A stretch of 64,000 bases of DNA from Myxococcota bacterium. Lineage in GTDB: Bacteria > Myxococcota_A > UBA9160 > UBA6930. Numbering within the stretch: the stretch's first letter is position 1; each line of letters begins with the position of its first letter. The stretch lies in contig OZ245015.1 in the NCBI GenBank assembly GCA_965223705.1, positions 2,912,001 through 2,976,000 on the forward strand, given 5' to 3'. Both the position numbers and the translations under genes were made by a program. The notes beneath the pieces are model-generated. The model searched no databases, was not told the origin of the DNA, and worked only from the letters and a program-made list of their open reading frames with translations. Positions 26,968 to 36,671 of this stretch are shown piece after piece.

Positions 26968-28173
26968 CTAGCGGATCTTGTCCGTGAAGTTCGGCAGGAC
27001 TTTTTCCGTGAGCAGCTCGAAGTGCCGCATCATCGCTTTCTGCGGAATGAGCTGCGTGTACGTGAAGAGCCAGAAGTACTCGGCCGGCAACTCCTCGAAC
27101 AGCGCCTCGAGCTTGCGCGACACGGTATCGGGGCTGCCACACACGACGAGCCCACGTTCATCCAACAGTTCGAACGTTTTCGGCAACTTCATCGGGTCTT
27201 CGCCGGGCCGCGCTACGGCCGCGTTGAACCCGAAGGGCTGGAAGAACTTCTGCCAGATGTAGACGCCCGCGTCCTTCGCGAGGTTGTACGCCTCTTCGTC
27301 GGTGTCGGCGACGATGACGTCGCGAATGATTCCCAAGCCTTCGCCGAACTTGAGATCTTTGCCGACCTCCGCGGCGCCTTCTTGTCCGGCGCGGAACTGG
27401 CCGGCGCAGATGTCGGGATCGCACACGATCGTGATGGGCACGACGTCGTTCTGTGCGGCCCAGCGAACCGACGATTCCGAAAAGCTGAAGGGCTGGAACA
27501 ACGGCGGGTGCGGCTTCTGATAGATCGCCGGGGCGATTCCGATCTCGCGAATCATTCCCGCGTCGTCGACGCCTTGCCCGAGCTCGCGTGTCACTTCGTG
27601 GGCGGGCCAGAAGATGTTGTCTCGGGGCGGGATGTCCCAGTGCTTGCCGTGGTGGCTGAAGGTCGGGTTCGCCCACGCCTTTTTGATGATGTCGAAGTGC
27701 TCGTGGTAGAGCTCTTTCTTGAGCTCCTCGTAGCGCGCCGGATCCGTCGTGCTATCGGCCAGCGTGTCGTAGTGCTGACCTAGCAGGTCGACCCAGCGGG
27801 GCTGGTAGCCGCGCGCAAAGCCGGCGAAAACACGCCCTTTGAGCATCTGGTCCACCATCGCGATGTCTTCGGCGAGGCGGATCGGGTTCGCGCAGGGCAA
27901 CACGTTGCCGAGCTGCCCGAAGCGCAGGTGCTTCGTCTGCATACCGAAGTACAGATCGAGTAGGATCGGGTTCGTCGAGACCTCTTCGCCCTCGATGTGG
28001 AAGTGATGCTCGGTGGTCGCGGAACCGTAGTAGCCGTGCTCATCGCAGTACTGAAGCTGCTCGGTCATGTCGGCCAGCATCTGCTGGTACAGATCCGTCC
28101 GCTGACCGGCCATTCCCTTTTCGAGCTCCTTCTTGGAGCCCGTGCTCGGCAAATAGAAAATTCCGACTTCCAC
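26968..28173 (-). CDS. luciferase-like (LLM) flavin-dependent oxidoreductase
   Basis: TEHHFH, NPIRLAEDIAMVDQMLKGR, GFARGYQ, QKPHPP, GSPDTV. Confidence 0.88.
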   Translation of the reverse strand: MEVGIFYLPSTGSKKELEKGMAGQRTDLYQQMLADMTEQLQYCDEHGYYGSATTEHHFHIEGEEVSTNPILLDLYFGMQTKHLRFGQLGNVLPCANPIRLAEDIAMVDQMLKGRVFAGFARGYQPRWVDLLGQHYDTLADSTTDPARYEELKKELYHEHFDIIKKAWANPTFSHHGKHWDIPPRDNIFWPAHEVTRELGQGVDDAGMIREIGIAPAIYQKPHPPLFQPFSFSESSVRWAAQNDVVPITIVCDPDICAGQFRAGQEGAAEVGKDLKFGEGLGIIRDVIVADTDEEAYNLAKDAGVYIWQKFFQPFGFNAAVARPGEDPMKLPKTFELLDERGLVVCGSPDTVSRKLEALFEELPAEYFWLFTYTQLIPQKAMMRHFELLTEKVLPNFTDKIR

Positions 28174-28185
28174 GATTTCTCCCGC

Positions 28186-29034
28186 CTAGCCCTGTGCTCG
28201 AATCTTATCGAGGACGGGCATCAGATACTTCTTGAAGACTTCGGGATTCTCACACATGGGGAAATGCCCGATCTCCTGCATGATGATGCACTCGGAGCCC
28301 TTTACCTTTTTCGCCGTGTCCTCGGTCATTTCGGGCGTGCAAGCGAAGTCGTATACGCCGGTCATGAGGTAGATGGGAATGTCGCCCGAGAGCTTCGAGC
28401 ACAACTCGCGGAAGTCGTGATCGACGCTGTAGAAGTAGAGGTCTCCCTTGAAAACGCCGGGACCGCCCTGGGCGTAGTACCACCAGGTCTCCCAGCGATA
28501 CTCGTCGGGGCTTTGCGGCGCCATCAAGCCGAAAACGGACGTGGCACACGCTTCGCCGCCGTGGACCTGCGAGTTATGCAACCAGTCGAGATGCCAACCC
28601 GGCGAGTGATCGCACGCTTCGATGGCGATCAGGGAGCGGAGCTGCTTCTCGTAGTGGAGTGCCAGGTGGAGGCAGATATTGCCGCCCATCGAGCTCCCCA
28701 TGATGACCGGCCGGTCGAGCTCCAGTGCTTCACAGAAAGCCATCACGATGCCGCTGTAGAACTCGGCCGTGAGTTTGTATTCCTCGGTCTCTAAGTACCA
28801 GTCTCCGGGCGGGATCGATTTTCCGTGGCGCGGCAGGTCGAGCGCGATGACGCGGAAATGCTTGTTGATGTCGGGATCGCAGAGCTGGTGCCGCCACTCG
28901 CGGGAATCGGTGCCTGCCGTGTGCAGGCAGACCATCGGGATCCCCTCTCCGGCTTCTTCATAGAAAATCCGGTAATCGACGCCCTTGTAGGGCACGTAGA
29001 CGTAGCGGCCGGTGATCGGTTCGATCTTTGCCAT
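28186..29034 (-). CDS. alpha/beta-fold hydrolase
   Basis: LHTAG oxyanion region, DLPRHGKS, GSSMGG nucleophile elbow, YDF, GHFPMCENP. Confidence 0.88.
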   Translation of the reverse strand: MAKIEPITGRYVYVPYKGVDYRIFYEEAGEGIPMVCLHTAGTDSREWRHQLCDPDINKHFRVIALDLPRHGKSIPPGDWYLETEEYKLTAEFYSGIVMAFCEALELDRPVIMGSSMGGNICLHLALHYEKQLRSLIAIEACDHSPGWHLDWLHNSQVHGGEACATSVFGLMAPQSPDEYRWETWWYYAQGGPGVFKGDLYFYSVDHDFRELCSKLSGDIPIYLMTGVYDFACTPEMTEDTAKKVKGSECIIMQEIGHFPMCENPEVFKKYLMPVLDKIRAQG

Positions 29035-29046
29035 GGATCCCTCGCT

Positions 29047-29436
29047 CTAGTTCGTCACGTCGCGCATCAGCGCGAGCGCCCAGGTGAAAGCGCGTAGGTT
29101 CTGCCAGAGCACCTTGACGTCGCCGTCGATGACCAAGCGCCCGTGGAGCGGGTGCGCCATGGCCCACATGTCGTTGTACATGGGCGGCGGCACTTCCTGA
29201 CAGAACTTCTCCCATGTCTCAGCGGGCGCCCGAAGCGCGAAGTTCCAGCACGTCTCCGGCCCGAGCTCGCTCTCGACCTCTGTGATGCGACCCTTCCGAA
29301 AGCTGACCGCGTGGCCCGCGTCTCCGAATTCGAGGAGCACATCGGCGGTCAAGTGCTTCCCGATGTTGGCCATCACTCCGTCGCGGTTGACCTGTTCCTG
29401 CCAACGACCCACCCAGGCCGAGTCGAACATCGCCAT
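29047..29436 (-). CDS. SCP2 (sterol-carrier)-like small protein
   Basis: GAGG RBS then MAMFDSAWV; FALRAPAETWEKF and GRLVIDGD are SCP2-like patterns. Confidence 0.6.
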   Translation of the reverse strand: MAMFDSAWVGRWQEQVNRDGVMANIGKHLTADVLLEFGDAGHAVSFRKGRITEVESELGPETCWNFALRAPAETWEKFCQEVPPPMYNDMWAMAHPLHGRLVIDGDVKVLWQNLRAFTWALALMRDVTN

Positions 29437-29735
29437 CAGCTTGTCCTCTTCCGTGTGCGTATTCCGGTCCGCGCTGGCCTCGGCCGGCGTCCGCTCCGCC
29501 GGCTTCCGAATCGTGGGCCGGTGGAGAAGCCGATAGCGCACGGGCGCGGCGCGGCGAAGTGGCGCGGACGAGCCCCGCCCCAACAGCTCGAAAAGTAGAC
29601 TCGATCCGGCCTCCGTGTGTCAACTCGATTTGCGATGACGCGATGCGCTAGCGCGTTGCGTTATTCGAACCGACCCGCCACCGAGCCGTTGGATGGCTTC
29701 GTTACGCTACGAGCGTCGTACAGGAGGCCCGAGCA

Positions 29736-31214
29736 ATGGATCAGTTCAAGATGTTGATCGACGGCGAGTGGTGTCAGGCCGCGGGCGGGGAATGGTTCGA
29801 AACCCAAAACCCGTACACCGGGAAAACCTGGGCCCTCGTTCCTCGCGGCGGGAAAGAGGACGCGAATGCCGCCGTAACGGCCGCGCACCGGGCGTTCACG
29901 TCCGGCGAATGGCCGACGTACACCCCGACCCAGCGCGGCCACCTCCTCCGCCGGCTCGGTGACCTGATCAAAGAAAAAGCCGAGTACCTGGCGGACTGCG
30001 AAGTCCGCGACAACGGGAAGCTCAAGCTCGAGATGTTCGGCCAGCTTCAGTACGTCCCGGAGTTCTACTACTACAACGCGGGCCTGGCGGACAAAATCGA
30101 AGGCCGTGTCATCCCGATCGATAAGCCGGGCATCTTCAACTACACCCGACACGAGCCGCTCGGCGTCGTCGCATGCATCACCCCCTGGAACAGCCCGATC
30201 CTCTTGCTGTCGTTCAAGCTCGCGCCGGCTCTCGCGGCGGGCAACACGATCGTGGTGAAACCGTCGGAGTTCACTTCTACGTCGACGCTCGAGCTCGCGA
30301 AGCTCTTCGAGGAAGCGGGTTTCCCGCCGGGCGTCTTCAATGTCGTGACGGGCTACGGGCCCGACGTCGGCGAGCCGCTCGTCGTCGACGATCGCGTTCA
30401 GAAAGTTTGCTTCACGGGTTCCGAGATGGGCGGCGTGCGTGTCTACCAAGCCGCGGCCGCCGGTCTCAAGGCAGTCACTTTGGAGCTCGGCGGCAAGTCG
30501 CCAAACATCGTCTTCGAGGACGCCAATCTCGACAACGCGGTAAAGGGAGCTGTCTCGGGCATCTTCGCAGCGAGCGGTCAAACCTGTATCGCGGGCTCGC
30601 GCCTGCTGCTGCAGCGATCGATCCACGACGCGTTCGTCGAGAAACTCGTCGACTTCGCCCGCACCGCGAAGCTCGGCGATCCGAGCCAGATGGACACGCA
30701 GGTCGGTCCGGTCACGACGCCGCCTCAGTTCGAGAAAGTGCTCAAATACATCGACATCGGTAAGGAAGAAGGCGCCGAAATCGTGCTCGGTGGCGGACCT
30801 TCCGATCGACCGGAACTCGGGGACGGCTGGTTCGTCGAACCGACGATCTTCCGAGGCGTCAACAATCAAATGCGCATCGCTCAGGAAGAAATTTTCGGGC
30901 CGGTTCTCTCGATCATTCCCTTCGATGACCAAGACGAGGCCGTCTCGATCGCGAACGACGTGCTCTACGGCCTCGCTTCGGGTGTCTGGACCCAGAATCT
31001 GGCACGTGCCCACCAAGTGGCCGCAGCGCTGCAAGCCGGCACCGTGTGGGTGAATACGTACCGAGCGGTCTCGATGACGTCTCCCTTCGGCGGGTGGAAG
31101 CGCTCCGGGCTCGGCCACGAGAACGGTTCCCGGGCCATCGAGCAGTTCCTCCAGGAAAAGAGCGTCTGGATCAACACGAGCGACGAGTTCCCGAACCCGT
31201 TCGGGATGCGCTAG
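29736..31214 (+). CDS. NAD(P)-dependent aldehyde dehydrogenase
   Basis: PWN, KPSE, FTGS, LELGGKSP, GQTCIAG (catalytic Cys), EEIFGPV. Confidence 0.95.
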   Translation: MDQFKMLIDGEWCQAAGGEWFETQNPYTGKTWALVPRGGKEDANAAVTAAHRAFTSGEWPTYTPTQRGHLLRRLGDLIKEKAEYLADCEVRDNGKLKLEMFGQLQYVPEFYYYNAGLADKIEGRVIPIDKPGIFNYTRHEPLGVVACITPWNSPILLLSFKLAPALAAGNTIVVKPSEFTSTSTLELAKLFEEAGFPPGVFNVVTGYGPDVGEPLVVDDRVQKVCFTGSEMGGVRVYQAAAAGLKAVTLELGGKSPNIVFEDANLDNAVKGAVSGIFAASGQTCIAGSRLLLQRSIHDAFVEKLVDFARTAKLGDPSQMDTQVGPVTTPPQFEKVLKYIDIGKEEGAEIVLGGGPSDRPELGDGWFVEPTIFRGVNNQMRIAQEEIFGPVLSIIPFDDQDEAVSIANDVLYGLASGVWTQNLARAHQVAAALQAGTVWVNTYRAVSMTSPFGGWKRSGLGHENGSRAIEQFLQEKSVWINTSDEFPNPFGMR

Positions 31215-31217
31215 GCC

Positions 31218-31616
31218 CTAACGAAAGAAGACCGCGTCCGGCTCGACTTGGTATCCCTCGGCCAGGCGATTCGTTTCGTTGAACATGCCGACGACGGACA
31301 TCATCTCCCCGAGCATCGCATCGGTCATCCCGAGTTTCCGCGCGGAAGCGGTATGGGAGCGGATGCAGTATTCGCAACCGTTCGTCGCGCTGACGGCGAT
31401 CGCGATCATTTCCTTGGTCAGTCCGTCGAGGGCGCCGGGTGTCATCACTTCCTTCACGCTTTGCCAGGTACGGCGCAAGAGCGCCGGGTCGTGAGCGATC
31501 GTGCGCCAAAAGTTCGGAATGAAATCGATCCCGCGGCTTTTCATGATGTCGTCGTAGATCGCGCGTACTTCTTCGTTCGCGGCCTCGTACGAAACCGGCT
31601 CGACGAGTGTGTTCAT
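31218..31616 (-). CDS. carboxymuconolactone decarboxylase / AhpD-family protein
   Basis: KEMIAIAVSATNGCEYCIRSH (CxxC..H). Confidence 0.88.
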   Translation of the reverse strand: MNTLVEPVSYEAANEEVRAIYDDIMKSRGIDFIPNFWRTIAHDPALLRRTWQSVKEVMTPGALDGLTKEMIAIAVSATNGCEYCIRSHTASARKLGMTDAMLGEMMSVVGMFNETNRLAEGYQVEPDAVFFR

Positions 31617-31631
31617 CGTGACGTCCCTTTT

Positions 31632-32652
31632 CTAACGGAGCTCGGCGACCACTTCGCCCAAGCGCTCGATCGTCTCGAGGCATTCTTGTCGCGAGGGATA
31701 GTACTCGGGTGAATTGTTCGGCGTCCGCGTGCGCAGGCAGATGTAGTCGGGTTTCACGATCTCGCGCATCTGCCCGAGCCGATCGACCCACTTCTGCTTG
31801 TTACCGAGGGTCAGCGCCGCGCGCTCCAGGTTTTCGAGGACGTCCCGTTTCTTGTCCGGGGCCAGCGACTTGTCTTCGTAGAACCCCAGTTCTCGCACCC
31901 AGCGGTGGCCGTGCTTCTTGCGGACGTCGGCTTCGTCGTCTCCGATCCATCCCTCGAGACCGGTCGCGAAGACCCAATCCTCTTTGCCGCGGGCGGCCGC
32001 CTTGTCGCGCATCTCGTCGACCTTGACGGCCATCTCCTCGAACGTCGGCGGGAACCACCAGACCCACCCGTCCCAGTCGAGCGCGCGCTCGATCGGCTTC
32101 TCGGCGAAGGCGCCGATCCAAATCGGCGGCCGAGGTCGCTGGAACGGTTTCGGCGTGAGGTACACGTCGTCGAATTCGAAGAACTCGCCCTTGAACGAGA
32201 AACCGCTCCTCTTCCCAGACGCCGCGGATCACTTCCATCACCTCTTCGAAGCGCTTGCCCTTCTTCGCGCCCGGAACACCGAAGAGCCGGAAGTAGTCCT
32301 CGTGATAGCCGACGCCCGCACCGAAGATCAGACGCCCCCGCGACAGCAAGTCGACCGCGGCGAGCTGCTCGGCCAGGTGCACCGGATGATGAAACGTCGG
32401 CTGGATGACGGTGGGGACGAGATCGACCCGGCTCGTCCGCACGGCCGCCGCCGCGAGAAGCGCCTCGGTCGACGAGAAGAATGTCTCGGACCGGGCGTGG
32501 CGCTCGGGGAACCACAACCCGTCGAACCCGACTTTTTCCGCCAGCTCGCACTCCTTGAGAAGGTGCTCGGTCGCATCGGCCGCCTCCTCGGACGAAGGCG
32601 TCGGCTGGTCGTAGTAGCCGAAGTGCGTGTCGGGCATGTAGGCAATCTTCAT
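31632..32652 (-). pseudogene. LLM flavin-dependent oxidoreductase split by a +1 frameshift (pseudogene or sequencing error)
   Basis: N-half MKIAYMPDTHFG...PERH...HPVHLAEQLAAVD...GVGY; C-half YLTPKPFQRPRPPIWIG. Deleting one base of the AAA run at 32200-32202 restores ...WEEERFSFKGEFFEFDDVYLTPKP. Confidence 0.85.
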
Positions 32653-32721
32653 CGTGTCCTCCAAGGGAGGCTATTGTACCGGACGCCGTGAGATGACCGA
32701 CGGCCGCGATACACTCGCGCC

Positions 32722-33486
32722 ATGTCGAACGATCTCGTCACGTATCAGTGCGACAACCATGTCGCTTGGCTCACGATCAACCGCCCCGAAGCCCGCAACG
32801 CGCTCTCCGAGGCCGTGCGCGACGGACTCCGCGCGGGGTTTCTTCGTTTCGCCGAAGAAGACGAGGCCCGTGTGATGGTCGTGGCGGGCGCAGGCGACGT
32901 CTTCTGCGCCGGCGGCGACCTCAAGGAAATGGCGCAGATGCAGCTCAAGGTGCCGGGGCCGGATTTCATGCCCTACTTGAACCGCACCGTCCACACGGAC
33001 AAGCCGACCATTGCCATGGTCCAAGGGGGCGCCTACGCCGGGGGCTTCCTGCTCGCGCAGATGTGCGATCTCGTCGTGGCCGAAGAAGGCGCGAAGTTTG
33101 CCATTACCGAGGCCCGGTGGGGTCGCGGCGCGCCTTGGGCGGCTCCCCTGCCGTGGCTGATCCCGCCGCGCGTCGCCATGGAGCTTCTCGTCACCGCAGC
33201 CCCCATCGATGCAGCGCGGGCTCACGAAGTCGGGCTCGTGAACCGCGTCGTCCCGGCGGCGGATCTGCGCGCCGAGACCGAAAAGCTCGCGTCGCACATC
33301 GCGCGCAACGCCCCGCTTTCCGTGCGCGCGGGTAAGTCGATGGTCTACGCGACGTTGGGCAAGAGCTTCATGGACGGCCTCGCCGAGGGAGAGCGCTTTT
33401 TCGAAAAGGCGTATCTGAGCGAAGACGCCCAGGAAGGCCCGAAAGCCTTTCGCGAGAAACGCGATCCAGTCTGGAAAGGTCGGTGA
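32722..33486 (+). CDS. enoyl-CoA hydratase/isomerase (crotonase) family
   Basis: INRPEARNAL, FCAGGDL, KPTIAMVQGGAYAGG, FAITEARWG, FREKRDP. Confidence 0.92.
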   Translation: MSNDLVTYQCDNHVAWLTINRPEARNALSEAVRDGLRAGFLRFAEEDEARVMVVAGAGDVFCAGGDLKEMAQMQLKVPGPDFMPYLNRTVHTDKPTIAMVQGGAYAGGFLLAQMCDLVVAEEGAKFAITEARWGRGAPWAAPLPWLIPPRVAMELLVTAAPIDAARAHEVGLVNRVVPAADLRAETEKLASHIARNAPLSVRAGKSMVYATLGKSFMDGLAEGERFFEKAYLSEDAQEGPKAFREKRDPVWKGR

Positions 33487-33499
33487 GCGCCCCGCCGAG

Positions 33500-34501
33500 A
33501 TGACCGCCGATCCCGAATCCACCGAACGGATCGAGGCCGCCATCCGACGCCGCTACGGCAGCGCTGCGCGTACGGAAGAGCTCCGCTTGGCGACCCTCGG
33601 ACAATCGAATCGCACTTGGCTTCTCGACATCGTCGAAGGTTCGGGCGCTCGGCGCAAAGCCGTTCTGCGCCAAGAAACGTATCAGGGGCCGGGGAACCCG
33701 TTTCTCCCCTCGGAAAAGCAATACGCCGCGATCGAAATCGCTCGAGAACTGGGCGTCCCGACGCCGGAGCCGTTTTTCCTGTTCGAGGAGGAGGACGGCT
33801 TGGGCCAGGGCTTCGCGATGGAGCGCGTCGAGGGTGAGACGTTGCCGAAAACCATCCTCGAAGACAGCGCGTTCGCGGACGTGCGGCCGAAACTCGCGCA
33901 CGAATGCGGCGAAATTTTCGCGACGCTCCATCGCTGCTCCGAAGATGCCTTGGGATTTCTCGCCGACAGTCCCGACTCCGTCGACCCGATTCGCGCGCAA
34001 CGAGATCGCCTCGACACGTACCGAGAGCCGCACCCCGCGCTCGAACTCGGCTTCCGTTGGCTCGAACAGAACCGCCCGCGCGAGCGCTCTCGCACCCTGG
34101 TCCACGGTGACATGAGAAACGGCAACTTTATCGTCGGCCCCGAAGGCATTCGCGCGGTGCTCGACTGGGAATGCTGTCACATCGGCGATCCGCTCGAAGA
34201 CCTGGGTTGGCTCTGCACCCGGTCGTGGCGTTTCGGGCGGTTTGACCTACCCGTCGGTGGGTTCGGGAAGCGCGCCGAGCTGTACGCCGGCTACCGCGCC
34301 GTATCGGGCAGCGTCATCGACGAAGACGACGCGCGCTACTGGGAAGTGTTCGGCCTCATCCGCTGGGCCGTCATCAACTTGATGCAAGCGTACGGTCACG
34401 TCGAGCTGGGCCGCAGTTCCGTGGTCTTCGCGGCGTGCGGCCGCAACTGCGCGGAGATGGAATACGATCTCCTCCGCACCCTCGACGGGACGTTCGACTG
34501 A
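33500..34501 (+). CDS. APH-family phosphotransferase (ACAD10/11-associated type)
   Basis: LVHGDMRNGN, VLDWE, GDPLEDLGW, WRFG. Confidence 0.88.
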   Translation: MTADPESTERIEAAIRRRYGSAARTEELRLATLGQSNRTWLLDIVEGSGARRKAVLRQETYQGPGNPFLPSEKQYAAIEIARELGVPTPEPFFLFEEEDGLGQGFAMERVEGETLPKTILEDSAFADVRPKLAHECGEIFATLHRCSEDALGFLADSPDSVDPIRAQRDRLDTYREPHPALELGFRWLEQNRPRERSRTLVHGDMRNGNFIVGPEGIRAVLDWECCHIGDPLEDLGWLCTRSWRFGRFDLPVGGFGKRAELYAGYRAVSGSVIDEDDARYWEVFGLIRWAVINLMQAYGHVELGRSSVVFAACGRNCAEMEYDLLRTLDGTFD

Positions 34502-34869
34502 TGGCACAAGACCGACCCTCTGCCGTGAACCTTCTCGAAACGGTCTCGCAGTTTCTCCGCGAGTTGATGCCGAGAGTCGAAGGCGCGGATCGTTTTCACA
34601 CGCGGGTCTCCATTCACCTCCTCGATCTCGTCGCGCGTGAACTGCGGGACGGCGCAAAGCTCGACGCGGCAGAACACGAACGGCTCTCTCGGCTCCTTGG
34701 GACCGACGGATCTCTGGAGACCCTGAACGCAGAGCTTGCTCGCGCCATTCGCGCCGGAGAGCTCGACGATCGCCACGCCGAGACCTTCGAGCACGTCTTG
34801 AGGACCGTCGAAGACAAGCTCTCGGTCGTGAATCCCACGTACGCGGAGCGCGCGGGCGCCGGGTCCTAG
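34501..34869 (+). CDS. small helical protein typically paired with APH phosphotransferases (DUF6285-like)
   Basis: MAQDRPSAVNLLETVSQFL...FHTRVSIHLL...LARAIRAGE...KLSVVNPTY; TGATG coupling to the upstream gene. Confidence 0.7.
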   Translation: MAQDRPSAVNLLETVSQFLRELMPRVEGADRFHTRVSIHLLDLVARELRDGAKLDAAEHERLSRLLGTDGSLETLNAELARAIRAGELDDRHAETFEHVLRTVEDKLSVVNPTYAERAGAGS

Positions 34870-35873
34870 GCCAGCAATCGCTCTGCGCCTGCAAACAAGT
34901 GGGGTACGGCGCGACCGAATTGTTCCCATGCCGGATCGGTGCGACGCCCCGTCCGGTGGAGCTTCACGTAGAGCCCGGTGACCACCGCCATTTTGTAGTT
35001 CGCGAGAGCGCGGTACCAGGCGATCCCCGCGCAATCCCGACCGGTGCGGTCTCGGTAGCGCTCGATCAAAGCTTCCGGCTCGAGCGGTGTCACGGGTTGC
35101 CATGCCTCGTGCCAACTCTTGCGATCCCCGATCATCGCGAGCCAACCGAGGTCGTAGTACTGGGAGCCGATGCTCGAGAGCTCCCAGTCGAGAAGGGCCG
35201 ACACACGACCGTCTTCGAGGAACAACACGTTGCTCGGTTGACAGTCGCCGTGGAGCAACCCGATGGGCGAAGCCGGAGGCGCCAGTGCGGTGAGCCGCTC
35301 GCGAACGCGTTCGCCATGACGTTGCCACTCCGGTTCCGCGGCCTGCGCGAGTATCGGATCCCAGCGTTCGACTTCGCTTTCGATCGGTGTCACTGCTTCC
35401 CAGGTGCCGAGGTGCGGTTCCCAATCGAACGCGTGGACTCTCGCCAAGAGGTCGACCGCGTGTTCCCACAGCGGCGCCACAGCGTCGGGGGCCCGCGAGA
35501 ACGACACATCGGGATGCCACACGACGAACGCGCGGCCGGGCACGTGGCGAAAGACGACGTAGTCCGTCCCGAACGCGCCGTCTTCTTCGCCACCGTAGAA
35601 GCAGATCGGCGGGACGGGAAACCCGTGCTCTCGAAGCGTCGTCAGCAGTGGGACTTGCCGCAGAACGTCGGTGTTGCCGCTGCGCCGGACCCCTGTGGGC
35701 GCGAGCCGGATGACGAAGCGTTCGGCAGAAGCGCCGGGGACCTTCCAACGAAACCCGTAGGTAAGCCCACCGTGACTTCCCGAGAAGCCGTGGACACCTT
35801 CGACCGACACCGTTCGCCCGAGTTCGCGCTCAGCGAACGCCTGCAGCCGCATCTCGAGTTGCGGAAGATCCAT
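34866..35873 (-). CDS. APH-family phosphotransferase
   Basis: LLHGDCQPSN, LLDWE, YDLGW. Confidence 0.85.
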   Translation of the reverse strand: MDLPQLEMRLQAFAERELGRTVSVEGVHGFSGSHGGLTYGFRWKVPGASAERFVIRLAPTGVRRSGNTDVLRQVPLLTTLREHGFPVPPICFYGGEEDGAFGTDYVVFRHVPGRAFVVWHPDVSFSRAPDAVAPLWEHAVDLLARVHAFDWEPHLGTWEAVTPIESEVERWDPILAQAAEPEWQRHGERVRERLTALAPPASPIGLLHGDCQPSNVLFLEDGRVSALLDWELSSIGSQYYDLGWLAMIGDRKSWHEAWQPVTPLEPEALIERYRDRTGRDCAGIAWYRALANYKMAVVTGLYVKLHRTGRRTDPAWEQFGRAVPHLFAGAERLLA

Positions 35874-35882
35874 CGCCCCGCG

Positions 35883-36671
35883 CTAGCGCCCCTGAAACTC
35901 GGGCTTTCGCTTCTCCTGAAACGCTCGGATTCCTTCGGCAACGTCGTGCGTTCGTGCGGAGTCGGCGATCGCCCTCGCCTCGTACTCCATCTGGCTCTCC
36001 AACGTTTCCGAGAAGGAGCTTTGCAGCAGTTTCTTGACCAACCCGTACGCGCGGGTGGCACCGCTCGCGAGTTCGCGAGCCAAGGCCGTCGCTTCGGCAA
36101 GCAACGTTTCGTCGGGAACGACCCGCGTCACGAGTCCGCACGCCGCGGCCTCGTCCGCGGACAGCGTCGGGTTCGTCAGCAGCAGCTCGGCCGCGCGCCG
36201 CATGCCGACCATTCTCGGCAGGAAATACGTGGTGCTGGTGTCGGCCGCGAGGCCCGAGCGCGTGTAGGCGGGACAGAACCGCGCGGATGAACCCGCCAGG
36301 ACGAGGTCCGCCATGCAAGCGAGCCCGAAACCCCCGCCGGCGGCGACTCCGTTCACCGCGGCTACGAGCGGCGCGTCCATCCGAGCAAAACGGGACACGG
36401 CTGCGTGGAGGTAGACCGTCATTTCTTTCGTCAGGGGAGCGAGCTCGTCCCCGGCTGCCGAGAATTCGCGAATGTCGCCGCCGACGCTGAAGATCGAGCC
36501 GCTCCCGGTCAGAAGAACCGCGCGAATCTCCGGGCGTTCGTCACACGCGATCGCGGCGTGCATGAGGTCGCGCGTCGCAGCGAGGTTGATGGCGTTCTGC
36601 GCGTCCGGGCGATTGAGCGTCACGTGCGCAACGCCGTCCTCGACCTCGAACAGCAGGGTTTCGAACGTCAC
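35883..36671 (-). CDS. crotonase-family protein, PaaG-like isomerase
   Basis: LNRPDAQNAIN, FSVGGDI, AVNGVAAGGG, GLAAD; GTG at 36671 overlaps the FAH stop. Confidence 0.88.
   Translation of the reverse strand: MTFETLLFEVEDGVAHVTLNRPDAQNAINLAATRDLMHAAIACDERPEIRAVLLTGSGSIFSVGGDIREFSAAGDELAPLTKEMTVYLHAAVSRFARMDAPLVAAVNGVAAGGGFGLACMADLVLAGSSARFCPAYTRSGLAADTSTTYFLPRMVGMRRAAELLLTNPTLSADEAAACGLVTRVVPDETLLAEATALARELASGATRAYGLVKKLLQSSFSETLESQMEYEARAIADSARTHDVAEGIRAFQEKRKPEFQGR

Noticed and set aside
29661..31118. 485-aa ORF antisense to the aldehyde dehydrogenase
   Set aside because: In-register antisense shadow typical of high-GC codon bias; no recognisable motifs, while the sense strand is a clear ALDH.
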